Positions 46,271 through 57,747 of a stretch of DNA of 64,000 nucleotides are shown piece by piece (the first letter of the stretch is position 1; every line of letters begins with the position of its first letter). The notes beneath the pieces were generated by a model that saw only the letters and a program-made list of their open reading frames with translations, was not told where the DNA came from and made no database searches. The stretch is from Eukaryota sp. TZLM1-RC. Lineage: Eukaryota; Protista; Metamonada: BaSk clade. The DNA is taken from contig JAUPSS010000005.1 of assembly GCA_040285825.1 (NCBI GenBank), forward strand, positions 372,001 to 436,000. Reading direction: 5' to 3'. A program made the position numbers and the translations under genes.

Positions 46271-47374
46271 TTTTTTGTGAAAATGTATTTATTTTTAAAA
46301 CTAGAATAATTATTGAGATAAAAAACCCATCTAGAATTCAATATCCTCCAAACAAGCGTCACTGTTACTGAACCTACTCACAGCATTACGTTCATATTCT
46401 ACACCAATAGCTAAAAGTGCCTTTGAAATCATTGTTGGAATAGACTTGAAAATGCAAAAAACAATTCTATTTAACCAGAAAGTGGAGTTCATTGTTTTAC
46501 CAGACCTATTCAGTAACACTTTTTTGAAATTTTCAAAAAAGTGCAACCCTGAAGGTCCAATATTGCCAAAAAGAGTAATTGCAAACGGCACAAACTGATA
46601 TTTCACATGTTCCACTCTACCTAACTGTGCCAAAGGTTCTTCATATTTTTTTATCTTCTTTTTTTCGGCGTTAGATAACGGCGAGTCAGCGGAATACACT
46701 AAACGAGCAGCAGAATTTTTGCAAACATCCACTGAGACAACGTCTACAACATTGAGAACACCATCGATCCCTGGAGCTACTAAATCTGCCCTTCATTTAC
46801 CAAAGGAATCATCAGTTTGATCTGAAGACAGCTTACGTACTAGTGGCTCAATAAATGCCTCTATATTGAAACTTTTGCACATGGCATATAATTGATCACG
46901 AACTGAGTCATGAACAAGTGAGCGATAAGTTATAAAATTCTTACAGTTTAAAATATGGGAAAGCGTAACAACACTCTTGCAGCGACATATTAAAACATTT
47001 GGTAATGAACAAGGCCATAGAAAACATCTCATTCTCATTGCAGTGGTCCATTGGTGATCATTAAGCAGAAGGCCATAAATGTTGGGAATTTGGGAGATTA
47101 GGCAACTTGAGCAACTGTCTTCAAGATCAATCAAAAAGTTTGCAAAAACGGGATTTTTTCCTTAGCCAAGCTAAGACGTACAATATAATCCAAGTTTTCT
47201 AAAACTTTCAAGATTTTTTTCTGCAATTTTGCAAAAGTCAGTGGTAAGGAGAGCAAGCTTCTTGAAGGAAGTTCCACAATATCAGAGGGGAAACATTTAG
47301 CCCAAATATTGGGTGAAAGAGTTTCAATTTCCTGTTGCAATGAAATAAGATATGAGCTGCCACAATTTTCAATG

Positions 47375-47507
47375 TGTTGTACTGTGGACAATTAGTCTAG
47401 TACATTTATATTTATATAACATAGTTCACTAGTGATGGCCTTTATAAGGGCCGGTGAAATTCTAATAAATTATTCCTTATTCTTGTTATCATATGGATAG
47501 AGCATCA
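47375..47507 (+). repeat. 5' LTR of element 2 (133 bp)
   Basis: Exact copy of 53177-53309; contains a TATA-like tttatataa, a ggccttt/aagggcc hairpin and aataaa. Confidence 0.96.
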
Positions 47508-50500
47508 TTAATTAATGGCTTGAATAGCCACAATGATAACCCTCCTTCCTCTCTGAGGAAGAGTAATGTCCCTTCTTTGAAGGAGAACAGTCCACCGCCC
47601 TCGGTCAGTAATCCTCCACTTGCGGAGAGTAGTCCTTCCTTCGGGAAGAGTAATCCTCCAAAGGAGAGTGAACTTCGCACTGAGGAGAGCCCCACCTCCC
47701 AGAAAAGAAGTCACCTCCCTTATACGGAGAGAGGTAACCACGTTGTTGATGTGTCAGAACTATACACATACCCCGACAACTCCTCGGAGCTCCTTCCTTG
47801 TAGGAAGAGTTTTCTCACTCCGAGCGAGCAACGGAGATTCAAAGCGTTTGTTGTAAGTACCAAATCTGACGCTTGTACAGAAGGTGAAGGAGGTGAAGGC
47901 GAGCAACAGTCTACGACTGGCTCCTCACGTAAAACTCCCTCCTCACCTACTTCTGACATCAGCTCAAGTGAGGAACCTCAAAGTGATTCCAGAGGATCTC
48001 TTAATCAGAACTACAGCAGGAGAGGGGATGAGAGCGATGATGAACCACCCCATACACCCAATCCTCCTAATCCAACTCCTAGTTTCCCATCTACGGAAAG
48101 GACTTCTCAGGGTCTTTACCGCAGGAAATTAGCAATGGCAGTTGAGGCTGTAACTAGAGATTTCTTATTGGACCTCATCGCCAATCCTCCCGAAGATATA
48201 CTGGATTGGAGTGATGACGAATTATTAAAAATGGCTGAGAATGAGTCAGAGCGTCTTGCGGGAGACGTAGACCCAGCCGAATGTGAGAAGGTGCGACGTG
48301 ACTATTTAGCGAAACGTTGGCCCTTCCTCTTTGGGGAAGCCCACGGCAAAACACTTGACGACGTCGTCTACGAGAGTTATGATCAAAGTCCAAATCTTTT
48401 AAAGAGATTGGATGATCTTACCGATTCGGCAGTCTCGTGTGGAATGAGTGCAGTCGAGGATTGCTATTTTAGCGCACCTCGATCAAAGTATCAAGCTGCT
48501 ACTCCCAGGCCTGCCAAATGGCATAGGGATGCAATTGATGACCACAAAATATATTTCAGTGGAAATCAAGAAGCTTACGACAGACTATTTTGGATAGCTA
48601 AAATGTATCCTCATAATCAACAAGGTAGAAACCTTAGAGGCGTCGTAAGGCATTTCCTAGTGGAGAATGTACACCCAAAAGATTCCATTGCGGACATTCT
48701 TATTATGCTTGGGGGCAGATTCGATGAATCTCGAGGTGACACCCTTCAATTTCATACCAAAGAGTCCTATATTAGAGAAATAGGCACGAGGGTAATTGAA
48801 TTGAAAGAGCAACGTGTTGGCCCCAACAAGTTAAAACTAGTATACCCTGATGCATGGATGGCTAAACTTAAGGCATGGGTTGATAGCTGGCCCGACCAAA
48901 ATGTTTTTGAGAATGTCTTAATAAAGAGCAGTTGCCTTCCATATGATCATAAACTAGCAGGGGTCCCTAGAGGATCTAAAGATGCACCAGATTGGGTGGA
49001 TTTAAGACCACCAGCCCAGACTGTACCTGTGCAGGAGGAACCTCCTAAGACAAGATTTATCATAAGGTTGGGCGAAACATTGCCTTCAGAAGAGAGGAAT
49101 ATGAACCTATATAGTACACCTTCTGTAGGGCCTCTGGCATCTAGGAGAGCTTCTTGTGAAGCAACTCCTACACAAGCATCTGTTATAAAATCATCTATAC
49201 CCACGCAACCCCTAGGAACGAATGCTCCTAGAGATTCTCTCGTCGACACCCTCGGTCTTTATAGAACTCCTGTAACAGACGAGGAGAAATTGAGGAAAAG
49301 AATAGACGACAAACTGAGATGCCTAGTTAAGTTAAATGAAGCGTTTGACGCCAAGAAGATCTTCGACTTCGTTCTTAACTTTGGCAATTGGGCTAAAACA
49401 GTTAGGGATCGCGATGGACCCACCAGAGCATTTACGCCGATCACCAAATACGGTCAACCTGTTCATCAGTACGACTTCGTTAGATCTATGTTCTTCGAAG
49501 TGGACCCTTTGTATTTGAGATTTATGATTGAGGGTAAGGTCATCGCAGAATGGCAGAGTTTTTATGGAGGCCGAACAAACGTGTTAGGCAACAACCCATC
49601 TGACGCCGAAATCTGGGAATATTTGCTACTCAGCACCCAGTACAAATACCCTACCGATGTTGAGAAGGCTTTAAGGTCTGTAAGACCACCTGAGATCAGT
49701 CGCAAAATGTCTGCTGAATCTTCATGGACAGCCTTCATAGAGCAGATCATATATATAATTCGACGCTCTACAATTATGCCCGGAACGGATGGTAATCCGT
49801 CTGTCGTCTACCCAGCAAAGAGATTTCTCGAAACTATTAACGACAAAACAAACAATCAATTGATGGACACATATATCATTTGGATTGGTAAGTTTGATTC
49901 GAGTAACGAGAAACTGGGCGATGCGATTTACGATTTAGGTAACGCATTTGTTAACAAGGTCAATAGCCTTGAATCCTCGATCAAAGACATGAGTTAGATG
50001 AGTTGGGCTGTAGAATATGCCTGGATGACATTAGGGACGAGGAACGCCTAGTCGTGCTACTCGAAAAATATAGAAATGTATTTAGTGGGCTACCTCACCC
50101 GGATGGAATTGATTGTCAGCCGATGACCATTCCATTTTATGACGAAAGTAAGGTCGTCAAAAGGAAACCTCGAAGATTAAACCCAGAAAAACAACGGGTA
50201 GCCGAGGAAATTTTTAACGAATTGATCCGTAATGGATTTGCTGTGCCCGCAAAGTCTCAATTCAGTAGTCCCATCTGTCTTGTGATTTACCCTGATCACA
50301 GGAAACCACGATTAACTGGCGATTTTAGTGGTATTGGTGGAGTAAATGATTTAACTAAACCTGTAGAGGCAAATTTGCCCAGGATTAGCGACATTTTAGA
50401 GTTTCTAAGTAAAGCTAATTATATAGCAACTCTAGATTTACCTAAGGCATTTTGGCAGCTCAAAATTGCAGAAGAGGATATTGATAAAACTACCGTATCA

Positions 50501-53176
50501 ATTCCCGGGATGTCGATCAGTTTTAAAAGGGCTTGTTTTGGTTTGAAGAACGTTCCTGCAGTCTTCCAAAAACATGATGATGGAAATATTTGATTCTGAG
50601 GGCGTATTTATTTATATCGATGATATAATAATAGTAGCTTCGACCCTGGATGAATTTCTATCTAGAGTAGGTACGGTCCTAGAACGCGCCAAACGTTTTA
50701 GAGTTAACCTTGGCCTACCCAAGTGTAGCTTTACCACTTGCAAACATGAAATAAAAATTCTAGGTAGTATTTTTATAAACAAAACCCGTTATATAGATGA
50801 GTCTAGGATTGAGGGACTGATCAACCTACCCAAACCCAGGACATTACCTGAAGTTAGGAGTTTTATAGGTTCGATTAATTATATACGTGACTGGTTGCCA
50901 AACTTGTCTGATTTGATAGAACCAATCAACAAATTAACCAGAAACAAACCGTCAAAGATCAAGTGGACTTCTGATCATGACGAGGCTTTTGGTAAGATTA
51001 TAAATCTTATCAAAGCAAATATCCCTCTTGAATTGCCCTCAGAAGACAAGCATATTTTAATAAGTGCTGATGCGTCTGATGTGGCTGTAGGTGGAGTAAT
51101 ATGGCAAGAAGCTAACCCACCTAAAGATCCTACGACACCGCTAATTAAGAGAAAGGTTGTACCTATTGCCTTCTTTAGCAGATTATTATCAACTTCACAA
51201 AAAGAATTGGTCTGTACTTCAGAAAGAGTTGTATGCAATTTTACTAATTCTCACTGACAGTAGTTTAGAAAATTATTTAATTTCGAGGAAATTAACTATT
51301 TTCACTGATCATAGAAATTTAGCATACCTTATATCAGCTCCTGAAAAGAACAGAATTGTGAAGAGGTGGCTACCAATATTGTCAGAATTCAATTTTGATG
51401 TAGTCCACACGGCAGGCGAGGAGAATTATTGGGCAGACATGTTGTCTAGATTGGTTGATACCAAACCCAAAACCCCTCGAGTCCAACAAGTGAGAAACTT
51501 GGCATCTCACAGAGTTGAAGAACAATTACCCTATTTAAATTTATTAACTAGAGTTAATTTGTTAAGGGATGATATTACTCAACCGTCCACAATTGAGCTA
51601 CCCACGATCAATAGCTTATCTGCACTGAAAGAAGCAGTTGAGGATACTAAATTTGATTTATTTGACACTTGGATCTCAAAGATTAGGCAAGAACAACTTA
51701 TAGATGTTGATTCAAATCCTGATTATTATAAAGATTACAATTATAATTCAGATATTCAATTGTATACCAACAATCGTGGGAAGATTGTTATCCCAGATAG
51801 TTTAAAGAAGCAGACTTTAACTATCATTCATGGACATGCAAATGTTGGCCATCCTAGTGTGACGACTAGCGTAAAGAAATTACTCAATAGTGATTACTTT
51901 TGGCCCGACATGCGCAAAGACATGATTAATCATATTAAGAGATGCCCAGCATGTCAAAAAGACGGCACATGTGCCTAAAAAAAGTCATTGAATCATCTGG
52001 CTCTCTTTGGGCTGATCGACCTTTTGCACGATTAAACGCAGATACTATTGGACCATTACAACAAGATGATAATGGATTCAAATATTTAATAGTTTTCGTA
52101 GATTCGTTCACTAGGTATACGATCATTTGCCCTGTAAAGGAATTGAATGCAGTGGAGGCAACCAATCACCTCCTATGGAGTGTAGTATCAATTTTTGGTA
52201 TCCCACTGTTGATTCATAGTGACAATGGTATTGAATTTGCAAATACCATATTCAAAGGGTTATGCGATTTATTAAACATTGAAGTAAGTCGTTCACTAAC
52301 TAGCTTTTCACAAAGCAATGGTTTAGTAGAAAGACGACACAGAGACATCTTACAAAAGTCTAAGAAAGATTTTTGGTGGACTCTGGCGATTATAGCAATT
52401 GGAGTGAATATATCCCAATTGTACAACTTCAAATCAATTCAACTATTAGTAGAGTTACTGGTCATTCGCCCTACAATTTAATGTTTGGTAGCGACCACAG
52501 CCCTAGAGCTGATCCTAGTAATATGTTTGAATTAATAAAATCAGCTAATGTTAATATTCCCTTTGTTAAAGATCTTGAAGCAAAACTTGAAAGGATTTCA
52601 AAGAAGAGAGAAGAGGCAGAGCTCAGGCAAGCTCAACAACTGCCTGAAGTTAACAAACATAGGAACCCTTTTAATAAAGGTGACTTAGTTTTGCGATTAA
52701 AGACTAATGGTAAACTCCATGGTTGCTTCGCTGGCCCTTTTCTCGTTGAAGACGTTAAATCCAATAAAAGTTTATTACTCAAGAATCTTGTCACTGGTTC
52801 GATGTCTACGGCAAGTATAAATCATTGTAAACTATACCTTTCAGACTTCCCTAAAGAAGATCTTGATTGGCATAAGAATATTGCTGCTGGCGATATGGAA
52901 GAATCTGTAATCGTTAAAATTATAGATCACTTTGATTACGTAGATTCGAACAATAATAAAGTTCCTTATTGTACCGCAGTTTGGTATGGCGGCGAGACTT
53001 CGTCTGTCCCAGTTGCTGACGTCAAAAGCACTGAGGCATATCAAACATATTTGCGCTCTATTAGTCCTCACACTACCAGGAAACGGAAGGTATCTTCTAA
53101 TTCCAAATCTAAGACTAATTCCCCTGCAGTCAGTACTCGTAGCTCTCGTTCGAGATCTAAGAGAGGGAAAAGGTAG

Positions 53177-53309
53177 TGTTGTACTGTGGACAATTAGTCT
53201 AGTACATTTATATTTATATAACATAGTTCACTAGTGATGGCCTTTATAAGGGCCGGTGAAATTCTAATAAATTATTCCTTATTCTTGTTATCATATGGAT
53301 AGAGCATCA
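53177..53309 (+). repeat. 3' LTR of element 2 (133 bp)
   Basis: Exact copy of 47375-47507. Confidence 0.96.
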
Positions 53310-55551
53310 AATGAGATGAATTTTTTCAGGAAAACGATTCACAAATTCATAAATAAAATTCTTTCCACCTCCAATAAAGGCAGCTTTGCAAAGGTAGCTT
53401 GATTTATGAAAATCAACACCACCAAAATTTGTACCACAAAAAATGTGGCTTCGTAACTGCGATGCATCAATTTCCAATAATTTTGCTAAAAAATTGGTTC
53501 TTTGTTCATTAAAAATGCGACAAAACTCCAAAGAAATTGATGGTGATGTTGATCTCAAAATATGAGTAAATTTTCCAGAACAACAGATTTTTAGGAAAAA
53601 GAATTTCAAATGTTTCTCAATATTTAAATTTTCTATTGATTCTAATTCATTTCCAAATTGAGTCAACAGAGTCGAAAGTTGGCTTTTGCCTTCATCAATA
53701 TTTCCGAGATAACAACCCAAAAAACGAAAACCAGACTGATCATAATTGATAGAGGGGACATTGACATCGTTAATGAAAAAATCAATTGGTTCATGGCCAA
53801 TAATCAAACATTTGGAGATATTCAATGAGAGACCAATATCTTCATAACGCTGTTGAATAAAAGTTGCTATTTGTTTCAGAATTGTAATAGGAGCAATTAC
53901 AGAAATGTCATCCATATATGCTACAATATCTATTTCTGGGAATTTTTCTTTCAATTCGCACATTAATGAATGAATTGCCAGACAAAAGAAAAAAGGACCA
54001 AGTGGATCACCTTGTTTAACACCTGAAGACGAAAGCAGGTCAAAGTTTTCATAGACCAATATGGATGATTTTCCATAAAATGAATAGAAAAAAGGCTCAA
54101 CTTCAGGAAAATGCTTTTGTAGTAAAGGTAAAATGGAAGAACGAGATACAGAATTGAAAGCATTCTTAAAATCTAAATTGAAGATGTAATTAGAATCACT
54201 GGAATTAAAAAACACATCAGACGAAAGAGCAGCAGGAGAAGCACCATCAATTGTCTTGATTCCAAATTGAAATGGACTGAAAATTCCTTGGCTTTTTTCC
54301 CAATTCTATTGAAACCAAGAGACGCAAGAATTCTTGAAAACGATTCTCCAATTGCAATTGGACGGATTTTGGATTGACTTTTTTTGAGGGCAATTAAGCG
54401 AGCACTAGTCATTTCAAAAGGGACTTTAATTTTTAACGTAAGAAGATTGTTGAAATAAAGAACAAGATCATCAGCAATTTCAGGACACTGTCCAACAGTT
54501 GATTTGATCATGTCAAAATTCAACAAAGATGGCCCAGGAGCTTTTCCAGTAGGCATTTGCTGAATCAGTTTCAATACTTCTGAAGCATTGACAGGATTTT
54601 GCAGCCAATAATCAACTGAATCTGGTTTAGTACAATGAAAATTTGCTTGTGGATGTAGATGATTCAATTGGAACAATGTGCTTTCATTACATTCAACTAA
54701 ATCAGAAGAGAATAGACATTGTTTTGCAGATCCAAAACGTCCTTTTAAAGCTAATTTTCTCACTAATTTTTCTTAAAATTTGATTTTTTCGATAAAAGTT
54801 ATTTATCTTTTTTCAGAAAAAATTTCCAAATAGGCGTAACATCCCATAATCCTTTACGGAGATTTTCATCAAAAGCACGAAGAACAACAGCAAAAGGTAT
54901 CGAAGCCAACGGACTAAGCTGAGCAGGAATACGAATGGGACAACGTAGCTGATCAGCAGCAACACAAGAATCACAAAAAAGTAAAGGTCAACCAGAATCA
55001 TTGACAGCAACAAGCTTTCGACAAAAAACACATTTTTTTTCATCTTTTTGATCTTCTTTGTTAGGAGTGTTATCGGGAATCTCACTTAAAATTTCATTTT
55101 CAGGATTGTGTGATAACGAAAAATTCAAATCAGCAGTTGCAGCACGAGCATTAAGTTTTTCCTTTTGAATAAGCGGACAAGTTGCAATGTTATGTCCGGA
55201 TTTTCGACATTTACTACATTTGCGGCCTGGTTTAGAAAAATTTTCATTTAAATTTTTTTCCAATGAATTTCTAGCATGGAGTGACAGGTGGGGAGAATGA
55301 GAACGATTGGTGGTTGAGGAGGTTGGTTTGTCAACATCACGTTCGGTACTTTTTGCAGTCCAGTCAGTATCACTGAGAGTGTTTGACATTGAGACTGGAG
55401 AAATTCAATCGAACCGACAGTAGGACGTCAAGTAGAGAAAAAGGAGGACGTTGAAAGTGAGTGAGAAAAAAAAAGCGTTCAAATTGAATACTTTCTCATA
55501 ATCATAACAACTGTAACCACTACTACACATCACAGTCAAATCAGTCATAGT

Positions 55552-57747
55552 ATGTCCAGCAAAGTTCTGGATCAACTTCTCAGTGAAAGGGTTCATTACA
55601 CTGAACTTCCTTCCGATATTCAGTCTGGTTTTACAGAATCTGAATATGAAAAACGTCTCCTAAACCACTCCTTCATCAGACATCTCCCATGGGATCCTTC
55701 CCTCACCTTCATACAAGAACCTTTATATTACACAAAACTCATTTCCACCATTCGCTCTTCTTTCGCCCTCTTCCCATATCACCTAGCTCAGAACATCTTT
55801 ACACACTGTCAGACATCCCCTTTCCGTTATTATATTGATATGCTTCACGAAACCATAGACCAAGAACTCTCTTATGATCACATCCCAAACTTCACTGCTC
55901 TAGACGTGGAGAGAACCACGGGCATTGGTAGAAATCAGTACATAGACATTGTAAATTCCTTTCGCCGAACTTCTAAATCAATGTTTTCTCGGCGCAAGAC
56001 AATCATTCGCTCGCTTCTCCCCTCTTCTCCTCTCACCCATTCTCTCCCTCAGTGGTGTTATGTAGAGCTGGGAGTAGTTAGGGTTGGGGACGTTGACTCG
56101 CTAAGTGAAACTGACAAGGGTACAATTGAACTTTTAAAACAGGAACCTTTGCCAATCACATCAATCAACCCGTCGACTCTATCCAGTCTTTTATCACGTG
56201 ATTACGTTTTGATCGCGTTTCCAGTTTCCCTTTCTGATGTTTTTATTGTCCAACCATTACAAGGCTTTGTCATGAACAGATTGGGAAATGATTGGTTTGA
56301 AGGGGTGCTGTACGATGTTTTCATGGCATTTAATGGAGTTTTCACTATTGAGTCGATTGCTTCCACTCTGTCTTTATCAGTAAATATAGTTTGTATAGCC
56401 GCTAGTGTGCTGGCAAGGCTCAATTTAGTGTTTAAAAGGTCAAAAACCGAGAACTCTCCATTGACTTCAGAAGATCAATTGATTGAGACACGTGTCGCTG
56501 TGTTTTGTGATTCTTTTTTGGCAGGTATCTTGATGATGGGACAGTTTGGTGGCGAATTAAAACAATGGGGACAGAATTTATTTGAGGTTGGCAAGATTGA
56601 TTATCATGCTATAACGACTGTTAAGAGTTTGTTGTTGACTGGGCTGGAGGAAGTTGACCTTGAACACGTGGAGCATGATGTGATGAGGTCGTATCAGTAT
56701 ACGTCATCACTGTCGATTTTGATTGAATCACTCTTGACTATCAAAGACTTGCCGTTTGATTTTATTCGGTTAGAATCGCTAAAACGATTGAAGTCAAATG
56801 TTGTCACCAAAATGATATCTTCCTTCTACACCAACTCAATCAATCTAACCACATCCTTCCCCCCATGCCTGCCCTCATCTCTCTCCAATACTAGTCCAAT
56901 GTTACCATTGTCAGCCCATGCTTGGATTCGTGCCTGGTGGAGGAGTACAGGAGATGAAAGGCTAAAAAGTTGGTTGTTTCCGAAAGGTTCTGTTTTTGAC
57001 ACTGTCCCGGTCGACTGGGAAGGTGATGACGTCATGGATCACGTGATAGTTGAGCCTATTCTCGACGGAAACCAACAAACTGCCAGTCAATATTCCGGAA
57101 ATGAAATTATTGACAATTGTTCATACATTTCAAGCTTTACTGGAACGGGGGCTTGTTTTCAGGATGGTGTTCTTTTAAAATCAATAGACGCATTAAATTG
57201 TGTTAATGATCTTGGGGCCAACTATCCTCTTAGTGTCACCAGAGTGCCTTGTGTGGAAAACTTTTGTTTGGTTGATGTACCTTTTCCTTTTGGTAACGTG
57301 GTTGATGACCTGTTTTTGAGCTGTGATGACGTGGGCAAGGTCAAAATTAAGAGATTTGTGTTGGTTGGAGGTGGTTGTGTTGAAAAGGATCACAATTGCG
57401 AAATATTCAAACTTTTAGATCCTCACAAGATGAAAATTTTAAATTTTGCCCAAAATTTACTATCATCATCTATTATTGAACGATCTTTTGGATTTGCCAG
57501 ATTTCTAGTGTTTTTTGATAATGAGATTTGCAAGATTTATCCTTATGATATTAGTTTTTCTATACCGCTTTTTAGCATTCCACTTACTAGACATCTATCA
57601 AAAATGTTGACTACAGTTGACTTTCTCCAGGTTTCAAAGGACAAAGAAAGTAATTCATTGACAAGTTCAATTGTAGATTTTATCACAAAAAATGGTGGAA
57701 TTTTTCACGAATTAGGTGTTTTGCCTTTTAAAACAGTTGAAATATAA
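55552..57747 (+). CDS. FAM91A1: FAM91A1 homologue (WDR11 complex, endosome-to-Golgi tethering)
   Basis: 'LFPYHLA..SPFRYYIDML..SYDHIPNFTALD..TGIGRNQYID', 'PLQGFVMNR..DWFEGVLY', 'RVAVFCDS.LAG.LMMG..LFEVGK'. Confidence 0.93.
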   Translation: MSSKVLDQLLSERVHYTELPSDIQSGFTESEYEKRLLNHSFIRHLPWDPSLTFIQEPLYYTKLISTIRSSFALFPYHLAQNIFTHCQTSPFRYYIDMLHETIDQELSYDHIPNFTALDVERTTGIGRNQYIDIVNSFRRTSKSMFSRRKTIIRSLLPSSPLTHSLPQWCYVELGVVRVGDVDSLSETDKGTIELLKQEPLPITSINPSTLSSLLSRDYVLIAFPVSLSDVFIVQPLQGFVMNRLGNDWFEGVLYDVFMAFNGVFTIESIASTLSLSVNIVCIAASVLARLNLVFKRSKTENSPLTSEDQLIETRVAVFCDSFLAGILMMGQFGGELKQWGQNLFEVGKIDYHAITTVKSLLLTGLEEVDLEHVEHDVMRSYQYTSSLSILIESLLTIKDLPFDFIRLESLKRLKSNVVTKMISSFYTNSINLTTSFPPCLPSSLSNTSPMLPLSAHAWIRAWWRSTGDERLKSWLFPKGSVFDTVPVDWEGDDVMDHVIVEPILDGNQQTASQYSGNEIIDNCSYISSFTGTGACFQDGVLLKSIDALNCVNDLGANYPLSVTRVPCVENFCLVDVPFPFGNVVDDLFLSCDDVGKVKIKRFVLVGGGCVEKDHNCEIFKLLDPHKMKILNFAQNLLSSSIIERSFGFARFLVFFDNEICKIYPYDISFSIPLFSIPLTRHLSKMLTTVDFLQVSKDKESNSLTSSIVDFITKNGGIFHELGVLPFKTVEI

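Larger units (their letters stand above)
47375..53309 (+). mobile_element. Ty3/gypsy (chromovirus-like) LTR retrotransposon 2, lacking protease
   Basis: Identical 133-bp LTRs TG...CA, 4-bp TSD AATG (47371-74 / 53310-13) and PPT gagagggaaaaggtag. Gag-like ORF 47493-49997, RT (LDLPKAF, YIDD), RNase H (ADAS, TDH), integrase and chromo-like tail. No D(S/T)G/A protease region. Confidence 0.96.
46271..55473 (-). mobile_element. Full-length CRE-like non-LTR retrotransposon, family B (~3.3 kb excluding the inserted LTR element)
   Basis: 12-bp TSD agcgttcaaatt at 46259-46270 and 55474-55485, and a short poly(A) (T-run at ~46269-46276). The ORF starts at 55389 with CCHC (CSKCRKSGHNIATC), then RT (KAPGPS, IRPIAIGE, LDFKNAFNSV, GVKQGDPLGP, YMDD) and RLE (RADL..VDV..KIKKY). 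The frame is restored across the LTR insertion (EKIHLI|ENCG). Confidence 0.93.

Noticed and set aside
55390-55473. HDV-like or hammerhead ribozyme in the 5' leader of the full-length CRE-like element
   Set aside because: The leader is short and pyrimidine-rich, and I could not fit the required pairings or catalytic core.
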